This document shows, in pieces, positions 13,104 through 24,891 of a DNA stretch of 64,000 nt. Source of the DNA: Octopus sinensis (taxonomy: Eukaryota); assembly GCF_006345805.1 (NCBI RefSeq), contig NC_043020.1:3410001-3474000 (forward strand). The letters run 5' to 3'. The stretch's first letter is position 1; each line of letters opens with the position of its first letter. Under the pieces are notes generated by a model. That model worked only from the letters and a program-made list of their open reading frames with translations, was not told where the DNA came from and searched no databases. Position numbers and translations under genes: made by a program.

Positions 13104-13992
13104 GTAAGTAACTCAGGATTTTCGTTGATTTATATTTCTCTAGGTGCAGGCACAGGTATGGCTGTGGGGTAAGAAGCTGGTTTCCCAGCAACATGATTCC
13201 AGACTGAATCCGACTGTCTGGCACCTTTGGCAAATTATCTTCTGTCATAGCGTCAGGCCTACCAAAGCTTTGTAAATGGATTTGGTTGGTGGAAACAAAA
13301 AGAAGCCTGTGTGAGGTGTGTTTGTGTATGTTACTGTCCCTTTGCCTGGGCATCACCAAGCAAGTGGTGTCCCTCGTTTCCAATATTCTGTGAAAATATG
13401 TTTGGTCATGCAGAAATGTTGTGTTTCTTGGAAACAGGTGAACATTGGCCACAGGAAGGGTGTCTAGCCATTGAAAATCTGCCTCCAACAAATTCCACCC
13501 AAATCATGTATGCATGGTAAAGTGGGTGTTAAAATGATAATGATGGTAATGAGAGTATTTTGATTTGTTGGTAGAGCCATGTAAAAACACACACACATAA
13601 TATACAGTCTGGGCCTAAAGTCACACACAAAATAAATTCAACACACTCAGGAATTGTCAAAGACATGCTTCAATTTTCTTAAATTGAATAAAATAAATAG
13701 AATAATGATGAATACACACATACATGAGGAACAAAGTGAATAATGAGAATTCTTTCTATTTTTTAGGCCAAGGCCTGAAATTTGTGGGCGAGGGGTAGTC
13801 TATTGCATTGAACCCCAGTACTCAACTGGTACTTGTTTTATTGACCCTGAATGGATGAAAGGCAAAATTGACGTTGGTGGAATTTGAACTCAGAATGTGA
13901 AGGCAGATGAAATATCACTAGGCATTTCACCTGGTATGCTAATGATTCTGCCAGCTTGCCAGCCTATGAATAATAATATAATAATAATAATA

Positions 13993-14043
<51 letters not shown>

Positions 14044-14244
14044 CAACAAAAACAACAATAACAACAACAACAACAATCTTTTCTACTCTGGGTAGAAGGC
14101 CCGAAATTTTGGGGGAATAGCCAGTTGAATAGATCGACCCCAGTGTGCAACTGGTACTTAATTTACCGACCTTGAAAGGATGAGAGGCAAAGTTGACCTT
14201 GGCAGAATTTGAACAACTCAGAATGTAGCAACGGGCGAAACACC

Positions 14245-14278
<34 letters not shown>

Positions 14279-14829
14279 TAATTAACATAAATAATTGTCA
14301 AATGTATTGGTGCATGACTTTTGGCCTACTCTGTAGTATAACAGATCTTTCGTTTTTTATGAGGGGAAACATTCCTATAAAAACTGGAGTGTTTGTGGAC
14401 GGGAGGTGACTAAGTTATTTTTAAAAAAATTGTTGGGACAGCTGTACTTAATAATTTGACTCTAGAATGGAGGCAAAGATTTCAGAAAGTGGAGTCTTTA
14501 ATAATTAATACTGGCTAGACATGTGCAGATTCTTTAGTTTGGTTTAGTCCTCGCTGGTTTACACACATTGGTGCATGTGTGTGCATTTGTTTTATTTTTT
14601 GTATTGTGTTTGTTTGATATCTTGTTTTTATAATTTAGTCTGCTGCTTTTTAAATGCTGTGCTGTAAGGGAATTCGAAGTGTGTCATTGATTTTCATGTT
14701 GCTCCAGTCCACTCAGAGTATTCCTGCAATGGACTGGGATGCCATCCGGGTGAGGAAACCAGCTCTATGAGTTTAGATGATATGGAAAGGAACTTTATTT
14801 CTTTTTACTACCAGGCATATCATCATCGG

Positions 14830-14864
<35 letters not shown>

Positions 14865-14973
14865 GAGCCACCACTACTTTACAGGAAGGTGAATCTAAGA
14901 AATAATTATTACTACAGAGTAGGGAAAAGGTAGCCTTCATGTTGCTATGAGAAATTATTACTTTTGGAAAATA

Positions 14974-15194
14974 CAAGGGGTTGCTAAAAAGTTCCTGGCT
15001 TTAAGGGTATTGTGAAAGGCTTGGTTGGAGGCTCGATCTTTCAAGTTCTTTTACAGGGTTTAGAAAAAATTAAAGGACCACTGCAAGTAAGTGTGTGAAT
15101 CTGAAAGGGGAATATGTTCAATGATAAAATCATAATTAACTGCTTCTCCCGTATTTTCTCTTATCCAAAGCCAGAAACTTTTCAGCAGCCCTCA
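14974..15194 (+). mobile_element. Mariner-derived MITE
   Basis: TIR-like ends CAAGGGGTTGCTAAAAAGTTCCTGGCTT / AAGCCAGAAACTTTTCAGCAGCCCTC. The interior resembles the transposase C-terminus (KCVNL.GEYV). Second copy at 38507-38727. Confidence 0.7.
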
Positions 15195-15517
15195 TTTAAA
15201 CATATTGCATAACTGATCCCCTGATCAGGATTTGATCCTCTGCTGAAACTACTTCCGTGTCCTTGGTCCATTTTATATCCTTGTACACATGTTGAATATA
15301 TAAATTACACAGCAGAAATTTGATCAATATGTTCACACGATGTACTTTGCGAGACTACCAATACACTCTCTACTGACTACTACCACCAACCTCCACTCTT
15401 TATAAGAGTTCAGCTAGTCCATCTTCCAATCCCCCAGGGGTGTCAATGACTCCCACCACAACAGTCATTTACTTATATTTTGTTACTTAAAACTAATTTT
15501 CTTTTTCTTCTTCTTAG

Positions 15518-15653
15518 GAGCAATTGTGATCCAGAAATTTCTGTTGAGTTGAGGAAGCATTATGAGAAACCTTATTTTCTGCCAAGGGATTCAGAAGCAA
15601 CTTCAGTGGATTGGATTTTTATGGGTGGATTTGGCAAGGGTGCTCACATTCAT
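15518..15653 (+). CDS. Cupin/JmjC-fold protein exon 2
   Basis: TTCTTAG acceptor, GTAAGT donor, phase 2 to phase 0. Encodes (W)SNCDPEISVELRKHYEKPYFLPRDSEATSVDWIFMGGFGKGAHIH. Confidence 0.88.
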
Positions 15654-17119
15654 GTAAGTATCAGACCTTATCACTAATCCAGTGTAATCCATCATATAGG
15701 ACTTCAGTAATTCTTTTAGCAGAGCTCATTCTGTTGCAGGCATTTAAAACCTTCTCACACGTATTCATCGTTGGCATTAACTTGTGTCCAAGTTCTTAAT
15801 CTGTAGCGAGTGATTGAGCATCTTCATCCTAATGGTGTGATGGGTGCCTGTGGCAGACGTGGCTGTTCAGGCCAAGGGTGGTATAGAAGAACCGGGGGCA
15901 TTTATTGCAGGGGATAAGGAAGTGTGAGTTACACTTTGTCACTTCAACATCTGATCTCTGCTTCTTGATGTCTGTTATTTTCCATCTGGTCTGTTCCCTT
16001 GATGATGATATGCTGCCATCTTGGGTGGTCCTTGGTGATTGTCTCCCAGGTATTTGGGTCAATGGGGCAGTAGAGGAGAGTGGCCTTGAACTGGTATTGA
16101 AAATGGAATTTGGGGGCTCTACCCTAGTGATCTCTCAGTCATATCTTCTCCAACACATCAATCTCACCAAGTCCTTTAGTGGATGTCCCAAGATAAACTA
16201 GCCCTAGATTATTGAGAGGGACCTTCTTCGTAAACCTATGATGGAGCAATGCATTGAGGGTGGCTGCTCTCCAGTTCTATTCAACTGCCTTGACTGCGAT
16301 TTATATCACCCAACATGGGAGGAATCCATGTAATCAACTTGCTTCCTCCCCTTGAACCCTGCAACTGACCAGCATCACATTCAAGTGTCCTGTTGTGGTC
16401 TTGATCTCCATGGAAACTGGGATTCCTTTTACCTATTGCTTTTTAATTGTTTAATTTATTAGACTGTGGCCATGCTGGGGTACTGCCTTGAAGAATTTTT
16501 AGTCGAATGAATTGACCCCAGTATCTGTTTTTTTTTGTTTTTAAACCTGGAACATATTCTATTGGTCTCTTTTGCCAATCTGCTAGGTTATGGAAGCATA
16601 AACACACCAACACCAATAATAACTTAGTAGTCATGTTGGGAAACATTTTCGTAATGTGTCAGTGACACAGATGAGTACTGATTGTAATAAGATGGTACAA
16701 GTAAGTTAAATGAAGCCACGGTATGAATGCCACTGCAAGTGAGAAACGAATACACTCATTTGAGTCAGAAATTAGTCATGAATATATTTATAGATGGAAA
16801 CACAAAGTAGATGTTGCAGTGAATTAAGATTCATTTTGTGCAGTTGAAAACAGCATTAACAAAGGACCAGAAACAACATGTTTTTTTGCAAATTGGAATT
16901 TCAAAGATTTTTTCTTGAAAATCTTTGGTTTAGTAAAAGTTACATAGATATATAATTACTTCTTAAATACCTTGCTCTGTTAAATTTAGACATATGCATG
17001 TGTGTACACACCACATACACACACGTTTATACATGTATAGACTTTATGTGGGTGAGTGGAAGTTTTTATTCATAACAATTACATTTGGTCAAACATGACA
17101 AATGTGATGATGATGGTGT

Positions 17120-17520
17120 TCCCATCATCATCACCATCCCCGTTTAATGTCCGTTTTCCGCGCTAGCATGGGTTGGACGGTTTGACCGGGGTCTGGGAAG
17201 CCAGGAGGCTGCACCAGGCTCCAGTCTGATCTGGCAGTGTTTCTACTGCAGGATGCCCTTCCTAATGCTAATCACTCCGTGAGTGTAGTGGGTGCTTTCT
17301 ATGTGCCACCGGCACAGGTGCCAGGGGAGGCTGGCAGTGGCCACGATCGGTTGGTGCTTTTTATATGCCACCAGCACAGAAGCCAGTCAAGGTGACGCTG
17401 GCATCGACCATGTACGGATAGTGCTTTTTACGTGCCAGGGGAGTCTGGCAACGGCCACAATCGGTTGGTGCTTTTTACGTGCCACTGGCACAGGTATCAC
17501 AACTACAATTTCCATTTAAA
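17120..17520 (-). mobile_element. RTE-tail SINE/LINE 3' module; related copies ~29733-30125 (+), 33455-33690, 49525-50312, 52550-52800, 57123-57550
   Basis: Shared CATCATC-GTTTAACGTCCG...GCATGGGTTGGACGGTT...GGCTGCACCAGGCTCCAGTCTG block plus internal GTGCTTTTTACGTGCCACC repeats. Confidence 0.75.
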
Positions 17521-17599
17521 CAATATGTTTCTGTAACTTCAAGTGAAGTTAATCCTCATCTTGTTCTCAACAGTTGCACCATCCTCATTCTATTTATAG

Positions 17600-17732
17600 A
17601 TTGATGCAGTAAAACGCCCATCATGGCAAGCTATGATAGCTGGTAAGAAAACATTTATGCTTATTGTTCCTCCAGAGTGTGAACATTTATGCAAATATAC
17701 TCTGAATGCTACCATGGAAACTGGAGATATTC
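17600..17732 (+). CDS. Cupin/JmjC-fold protein exon 3
   Basis: TTTATAG acceptor, GTGAGT donor. Encodes IDAVKRPSWQAMIAGKKTFMLIVPPECEHLCKYTLNATMETGDI and completes the H-I-D motif across the junction. Confidence 0.88.
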
Positions 17733-17984
17733 GTGAGTCACTCTCATTTTTCACTTTGTTGTTCTTGTCGTTGTTGCTTCATACAAACATTAGTAACAGA
17801 GATAATACCTTGCAGTATTTGTTCTGGCTTTTTTTATCTTCTGAATCGAAATCCCACTGAGGTTAACTTTGCCTTTCGTCCCTCCAGAATCCATAAAATA
17901 AAGGACCAGTCTAGTACCGCCAGATGGTACTAACTAACTCCCTTCTTTAAACTTGCTGTCATTGTACCTAAATCAGAAACATAA

Positions 17985-19225
17985 TCATCATCATCATCAT
18001 CGTTTAATATCCGTTGTCCATGCTGGCTTGGGTTGGACAGTTTGACCAGGGCTGGTAAGCTGAGGGACTGCACCAGACTCCAGCCTGATTTGGCACGGTT
18101 GCCCTTCCTAATGTCAACCACTCTGTGAGTGTAATGGGTGCTTTTGTGTGGCACTGGCACATGTGACAGTTGCATGATACCAGTATCTGTCGCAACTACA
18201 ATTTCACTTGGCTTGACTGGCCTTTTTCTCAAGCACAGCATATTGCCAATGGTCTTGGTTATTTGTCATGGCTTCTGTGGGGCCCAACACTCGAAAGGTG
18301 CTTCTTACATGCCACCAGCATGGGTGCCAGTCATGTGACACTGACAACATAACCACAGTTATGATTTCACTTGGCTTGACAGATCTTCTCAAGCATGACA
18401 TATCACCAAAGGTCCCGATCCCTAGTCATTGCCTCCGTGAGACCCAACATTTGAAGATCATGCTTCACCACCGTTCCTAGGTCTCCCTCTACCCCGGATT
18501 CCCTCCACTTTTAGAGATTGGCACTTCTTCACACAGCTGTCCTCATCCATATGCATCACATAACCATACCAATGCAGTCGTCTCTCTTGCACACCACATC
18601 TGATGCCTCTTGTGCACCATTTTTCTCTCAAGATGCTTACACTCTGTCCTGTATGCACACTGACATTGCACATCCAGCAAAGCATACTGGCTTCATTTCT
18701 TTCAAGCCTATGCATGTCCTCGGCAGTCACAGCCCATGTTTCACTGCCATGTAACATAACTGTTCACACAGAGGCATCATACAATCTGCCTAACAGAAGT
18801 AGGAACTCTCTGAATATTGCCCAGCCTATTCTTATTCTAGCAGTTATGGTCTTGGAGCATCCACCTCTGCTACCGACTTGGTCACCTAGGTAACAGAAGC
18901 TATCAACTACTTCCAGGTATCCTCCCTGGCATTTGGTGTACATTTTTAGTGTTAATTGTACCTGTGCACCTTCCACACATGAAAACTATTTTCCCTGTTA
19001 ATCTTTCTCTAATATTGCTGCACCATAGCTTATACCAGGTATATCTTACGGAGTTTCTATCTACGCCTTTTCTACAGATCAAGCAGGGCCATCTTCCTGA
19101 AGTGATTTGTGATTTGTCTGCTTTCCTTCTTCCTAAGACTTTGGTTTTTGCTAGATTAACTCTAAGGTTCTTTGAGTACATCCCCCAAAATTATTATAAA
19201 TCATCACAGAGACCATTAGATAGGA
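17985..19225 (-). mobile_element. RTE-clade LINE 3' portion with (GAT)n tail
   Basis: Minus-strand peptides VNLAKTKVL, LEVVDSFCYLGD, MLHGSETW...RRLHWYGYVMHM...GRGRPR, then a 3' UTR ending GGATATTAAACGATGATGATG. Confidence 0.85.
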
Positions 19226-19319
19226 AAATTAACAGAGAACTGTAGAACAAAATGTTTTGTGATATTGGTTCCTGTAATTTAGATTCTGAGATTTTCATGC
19301 TTTAGGAATGGTCTTTTGT

Positions 19320-20110
19320 CACTTGAAGACCAACTTCGTTCAGGGCAACCATTGACCTCCTGAATGAATGAAAACACCATGGAAATTCACGAACTGATCT
19401 TGGAGGACTGTTGCTGAACAATTGTAGAACTTGTTGATATGACTGGTGTATCCTGGATCTCCAGCCAAAGAATTTTGAGAAAGGAAATGTGAATGAAAAA
19501 TGTTGCAGCAAAATTTGTGCCTCGCTTGCTCATGGAAAGTCAAAAGCAATCACAACTGAAATAACAGTTGGAAGTTGATCTGGACCTTTTTCCAAAGGTC
19601 GTCACTGGTGACAAAAGCTGATGCTATGGTTACAACCCAGAAATGGAAGCAGCAATCAAGGCAATCGAAGAATTCAATGTCACCATGCCTCAAAGAAGCA
19701 CGTCAAGACGATTCTGATTTGTTTCATTGATGCAAAAGGAATTGTCCACAACAGAATTTATTCCTCCTGATCAAACCAGGCGTTTTACTTGGCAGTTCTG
19801 AAGTGTTTACAAGATGCAGTGAGACAAAAATGCTCTGACCTGTGGGAAAGTGCAGAGTGGTGGTTTCATCAGGACAATGGGCCTGCATACACCCTGCCTT
19901 GAGTGTGAGAAGTTTTTGTCAAAAATGGCATGGCCTTGCTTACCCACCTTCCCTATTCACTCAAACTTGCTCCCTGTAACTTTTTTCTGTTACCCCAAAT
20001 GAAAAAAGTCCTTAAAGGAAAACGCTTTGCAGATGCAGAAGAGGTGAAGAAAAAAAAATCGACAGAGGTGTTAAAAGGCATTGCTTTGCAAGAGTTCCAG
20101 GACTGCTTCA
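19320..20110 (+). mobile_element. Mariner transposase relic
   Basis: FVPRLL, VTGDKS, WWFHQDNGPAY and YSLKLAPCNFFLLP equate to the WVP(H/R)L, TGDE, HDNA and YSPDLAPSDF mariner motifs; many stops and frameshifts. Confidence 0.85.
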
Positions 20111-20333
20111 AGACTGACAAGACTGATAGAATAGGTTCTAGGCTTACAAAGAATAAGTCCTGGGGTTGATTTGTTTGACTATAGGCGGTGCTCCAGCATG
20201 GCTGCAGTCAAATGACTGAAACAAATAAAAGAATATATTTTCCTGTGAATTATGTGTTATCATGAATATGTGCTTTGCTTATAAATCTGTGAATATTTAT
20301 ATTTATGATACTTTATTTCCTTTTGTCTTTTAG

Positions 20334-20419
20334 TTATATTGGACACCAATCAGTGGTATCATTCTACTTACATCCATCCTGAAGAGGTGAGCGTTGCCAT
20401 CGGATCAGAGTACGACTGA
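20334..20419 (+). CDS. Cupin/JmjC-fold protein last coding exon
   Basis: Long polypyrimidine tract plus TAG acceptor at 20331-20333. Encodes (L)ILDTNQWYHSTYIHPEEVSVAIGSEYD-TGA; WYH supplies the distal metal-ligand His. Confidence 0.88.
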
Positions 20420-21146
20420 AGAGATCTTATTGGGATTGGTTGAAGATCAATGCCAACCACATTGGATTTCATAACATTGTATTTCGTCTGCCATTACATT
20501 CTGAGTTCAAATTCTGCCGAGGTCGACTTTGCCTTTCATCCTTTCAAGGTCAATAAATTAAGTACCAGTTATGCAATGGGATCAATGTAATCAACTTAAT
20601 CTGTTTGTCTGTCCTTGTTTGTCCCCTGTGTTTGTCCCCTTGTGGGCAGTAAAGAAATAGGATTTCATAACAAAGGATAACAAAAAAAAAAAAAAAAGAG
20701 GCAGGACCAGAAAAGATGGATTTAATAAATTATAAAATATTTATTTGTTTGTTTTCATTTTTTCATGGCCCTTAGATGTGTCCTTTATTGGTGGAAATAT
20801 GGTTGTGGGGTTAAGAAGTTCATTTTGGAACCATGTAAGTTCAGAGTGAATGGCATTTGTGCTAGTGTCACCTGCTTTAGATTGGAGTTGACCAATGTTG
20901 GGTGAGTGATGAAGTTTGATTGATGGGCAACCGTCCAATTTGTGTGTGTATTTGTGTGTGTGAGTAAACACATCGATTTTTGAGTAGGCTTTTCCATCCT
21001 GGTATGGACTGGACATGATTTCTTTAGAAACTATTCTATGAAAGGATTCCCTTCCTGATGTCATCTTGTTTTTTTTTTGCCCAAAAGGTGTCAATGTGAA
21101 GACATGCTGAGACAACATACAGATGCATATGTATGTGTTTGTGTGT

Positions 21147-21183
<37 letters not shown>

Positions 21184-21775
21184 GATATCCTGTAGCTTTT
21201 ACATTCCTTTTGACATTTGGTTTTTCTGCCCTGTGAAGACAAATGCAATAAGTAAAAAATAACTCTAAGTCACAAGGTAATGCATGACTAATTCCAAACA
21301 ATATGAATAAAGAATCGTTACATTTGAGAGGATAATCTGAATGCCAAAGGGTTAAAATAACAACGAGTACTGAAGTCATTGAGATTCTTTTAAGATTATT
21401 TGGTTTATTGCAAAAGAAAAAAGAAAAAGCTGTTATTTACAAAGTCAGACAGATTCCAACTTTAGATTAAAAAACTGTTTCTCGTTACTTTTCCATCACT
21501 AATTGTGTTTAGTATGAAACAGTAACAATGGTACATTTTGCTGTTTTACCTGATATTTTCATCACATTTCAAACAGCAAAAGTAGCTTGTAATAAAAACC
21601 ACCAATTCTCTTGTTTATTCCTCTTCTTTTTTTTTTCTTTCACCTGATGTGTGCAGGTAAACGGAATGAACTGTGGATCTGTTGGTCATGTTCTGTTACC
21701 TTTTACTCCAGTGGCTTCACATGACACCTTTAAATATGGCTCCTTCTGATCATCATCATCATCATCATCAGCTCA

Positions 21776-21797
21776 TCACGCAGTATATTTTAGACAT
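21776..21797 (-). CDS. ZNHIT1: ZNHIT1 last coding exon
   Basis: TTTCTTACTCATTTAG acceptor. Encodes (R)CLKYTA-TGA, equivalent to the recalled RCLKWTV terminus. Six exons sum to 495 nt (164 aa plus stop). Confidence 0.88.
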
Positions 21798-22261
21798 CTA
21801 AATGAGTAAGAAAATAAAATTAAATTACAAGTTCAATAATAATTTCCCATCAAACTTTTAATTAACTTCATCTTTAGAATGTGTATTTTACAAATATTTA
21901 CACCTCTTCATTTTGATTGGTTTACTCTTTGATCACCTTCAGCTGTCAAAGTTTTAGATGTGTACATAGTAATCAACGAGATTTGCACCCACCTACCTAT
22001 CTACATACCTAGATTTTTAAACTAAAGATAATATTTTATAATATTAATTTAGAAATAAGGCGGTGAGCTGGCAGAATCGTTAGCAGACCAGAAAAAATAC
22101 TTAGTGGCATTTCATCTGTCTTTATGTTCTGAGTTCAAATCCTGCTGAGGTTGACTTTGCCTTTCATCCTTTCAGGATCAATAAAATAAGTATCATACGA
22201 GCATTAAAGTCAATGTAATTGACTTAACCCCTCCCCTCAAAATTGGGAAGGTAGAAATAAT

Positions 22262-22850
22262 GCAGTGGGTTGTGTAGGAATACTCTTAGTAGAAAAGTGG
22301 GTAGATAAGGTAATTGAGGAAGTCAGAGCATGTGATAGGGCAATCAAGCTGAGACTTATCAGAGATAAATTAATAGTTACATTTATTTCTGCCTATGCCC
22401 CACAGTCTGAGTTGGTTGAGGACCAATTTTGCGAGGTCCTTCTGCATGTTACCTCAACAAGAAATGACAGAGATGTTATTGTGGCAGGGACACATTGGGC
22501 AGCATTCTCATGGATTCCATGGTGTGCATGATGGTATTGGCTTTGGTCCCAGGAATGAGGAGGGAACAAGGCTACTGGAATCCTGTGATGCAAATGATCT
22601 CATGATCTGCAACACAAACTTCAGAAAACCAGCCAGACACCAAATCACTTATCAGTCTGGCGGACATATAAGCCCGTGCTGGAGCCACAGAAAAAGCACT
22701 CAGTCCACTCTGCGAGATGGGTGGTGTTAGGGAGGGTGTCCAGCCATTAAAACCATGCCAAAACAGACACAGAAGTATAGTGCAGTCTTCTGCCTGGACA
22801 GTTCCTGTCAAACTGTCCATGGAAAGTGGATGTTAAACAATGATGATGAA
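22262..22850 (+). mobile_element. Internally deleted RTE LINE: APE endonuclease fragment joined to the 3' tail
   Basis: GVGILLVEKW...ISAYAPQ...RNEEGTRLLESCDANDLMICNTNF followed by the GTTAAACAATGATGATG tail. Confidence 0.8.
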
Positions 22851-22969
22851 TGAACACACACGTATACACACACATAGATATACATATATATACATATATA
22901 CACACACGTATATAACGAAAGAGAGACGAATTACAGAAAAAAGAAGAAATTAAACCTGATGAAACTCAC

Positions 22970-23050
22970 CGTGTGTCTTGATGTGTTCCAAGACACTTTG
23001 TACAACAGTAGCGTGCCCCACAGGATACACACTTGTAATTAGATGGAAAT
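22970..23050 (-). CDS. ZNHIT1: ZNHIT1 coding exon 5 (HIT zinc finger)
   Basis: Starts after an AC acceptor. Encodes (G)FPSNYKCVSCGARYCCTKCLGTHQDT(R); donor GTGAGT. Confidence 0.92.
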
Positions 23051-23087
23051 GTTATAATTGTTAAGGTGCTTGAGTGATACATATGTA

Positions 23088-23119
<32 letters not shown>

Positions 23120-23742
23120 CAAGAGCACTCAGAGAGTGCAAATCTCCACCAAGGCAACACCAATGTCTTCTCAACGATTAGCTGGAGATGATTTTTAAAA
23201 TGAGAAGATCTGAAATAAACTCAACTGCTCTCAAAAACGTGAATACTAAAAATGAACCCAACCGCTCTCAACATTAAAGTAAAAAAACTCAAAAAATAAT
23301 CCAGAATCCTTGTCCAGTACCTGATCAATCCCATGGAAGGTGAAGATGGGTGTTCAGGCTGTGTATGTGCTGTCTGCAGTGGGAACAGGGACAGTTTTCT
23401 CTATGAAGGCCTTTTTTGGTCTATCCACTGATATAGTGTCTTTACGACCACCAAGGTCTATAGTGAAAAATTTATTCATGCATGTAAGAAAGTGGAAAGG
23501 ACCTGTATGTACCTGTACAGGTGCCATACAACTTGCACAAGGGCGTTTATACATCCATATCTGTTAATGGTTATTTTTAATACTTTGGATGTATTGTGTG
23601 TTCGTTTCGTTTTTGCATCTGTGATTTTATTATTGATCTTCTCTATATAAATAAAGCCATATCCTTTAATTTGCTGCTTTTCTTTACACCAATTAAGAAG
23701 ATGCAGTGCAGAACAGTTATTTTAACGAGTTATATCTATTTA

Positions 23743-23845
23743 TCACCTGAAGAGACACATCTGCACAATTAGATGCTCCTGAACCAGTGTTGAGTGTCCC
23801 ACCTGTGAGGGATCGATGCTAGATGGGTCAAAACAATTGTCGTGA
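23743..23845 (+). ncRNA. Minimal type I hammerhead ribozyme motif, copy 1 (G12 mutated to A)
   Basis: Stem I TCAC/GTGA; core CTGAAGA 23747-23753; stem II GACACATCT/AGATGGGTC; AAAAC instead of GAAAC; palindromic loop AATT; cleavage triplet GTC 23839-23841. Confidence 0.7.
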
Positions 23846-24066
23846 TTAATAAAAATTCTCGTATCTTCCATCTTCTGTCTCTCATTAACCAAATATGTGT
23901 GTGTGTGTGTACAAGTATATACATAAGAAATACTGTGTGTGTCTTTGTATATATACACACACACACAAATATGTACATATATACCTATTTAAATACACAT
24001 GTATATATTTATATGAAATGAGAAGATACACTGTAGAACTGTTATTTAGTGAGTTATATCCATTTT

Positions 24067-24166
24067 TCACCTGAAGAGACACATCTGCACCATCGGATGC
24101 GAACCAGTCGTTAAGTATCCCAGCCATGAGGGATTAATGCTAGACGTGTCGAAACAATTGCAGTGA
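24067..24166 (+). ncRNA. Minimal type I hammerhead ribozyme motif, copy 2 (cleavage triplet GCA)
   Basis: Stem I TCAC/GTGA; CTGAAGA 24071-24077; perfect stem II base GACAC/GTGTC; GAAAC 24151-24155; loop AATT; GCA in place of GUH. Confidence 0.7.
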
Positions 24167-24450
24167 TTTGTAAAAATTCTCCATCTTCTGTCACTCATTA
24201 ACCAAATGTGTGTGTGTGTGTTTGTCCCCCACCACTACTTGATAATTGGTGTGGGTATGTTTATGTCACTGTAACTTAGTGGTTCAGCAAAAGAGCTTGA
24301 TAGAATAATTACTAAGCTAAAAAAAAAATCCTGGGGTTGATTTGTTTGAGTAAAACCCCTGCAAGGCAGTGCCCCAGCATGGTCGCAGTTAAGTGACTGA
24401 AAGGAATAAAAGACAAAGCTAAAAGAATCAAACGGCAGGTAAAAGGATAT

Positions 24451-24539
24451 CCACAAATGGCACAGAAGTGCTTTTCTGGAAATTTCGATGGTGGAACCAC
24501 AGCAGAGAAATAATTTGGTGTCTTTTTGATGGCCATTTG
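24451..24539 (-). CDS. ZNHIT1: ZNHIT1 coding exon 4
   Basis: CTGCAG acceptor. Encodes QMAIKKTPNYFSAVVPPSKFPEKHFCAIC(G) and ends at an ATATCCTTT U12-type donor. Confidence 0.92.
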
Positions 24540-24703
24540 CTGCAGAAAAGGAATGAGAGAAAAGGAAAAACATAGATTATCGATAACTGGCAAAAATGAA
24601 GTTAAGCAAATGATTTAATATATTTTTTATGAATCAAGGATAAACAGCAGAAAGACAGATAAAAATAGAAAGATATTCATATACGGTTAGTTCTTTTTCT
24701 TGT

Positions 24704-24745
<42 letters not shown>

Positions 24746-24808
24746 TACGTATCTCAAAATAAATGCAGTAACGAAAGGGTTAACAAGAAACAACAGAAGA
24801 CTTCTCAC

Positions 24809-24891
24809 CTCTTCTTCCAACAATGCATTGAAAGACTTTTTGCATCTTTTCAGTTGGTCCACTTTGTTCTTCTTCTTCTTACGTCCAATTC
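24809..24891 (-). CDS. ZNHIT1: ZNHIT1 coding exon 3
   Basis: TTTGCAG acceptor, GTGAGA donor. Encodes (G)IGRKKKKNKVDQLKRCKKSFNALLEEE. Confidence 0.92.

Larger units (their letters stand above)
23051..24450 (-). other. U12-type (minor spliceosome) AT-AC intron of ZNHIT1, 1400 nt
   Basis: 5' splice site ATATCCTTT at 24450, branch point CACCTTAAC at 23068-23060, terminal AC at 23052-23051. Removal gives in-frame CAICG|FPSNY. Confidence 0.9.

Noticed and set aside
15800-16420. Decayed LINE-like sequence (also 31060-31920)
   Set aside because: Composition suggests old retroelement relics, but no motif could be read confidently.
17280-17500. Regularly spaced GTGCTTTTTACGTGCCACC repeats resembling a CRISPR array
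   Set aside because: The spacers are mutually similar and the block is the internal tandem repeat of the RTE-tail element in an animal genome; no cas genes.
20741-21379. 212-aa minus-strand ORF
   Set aside because: Starts at a non-ATG codon, includes GA/TG repeats, and lies in the 3' UTR interval; no homology recognised.
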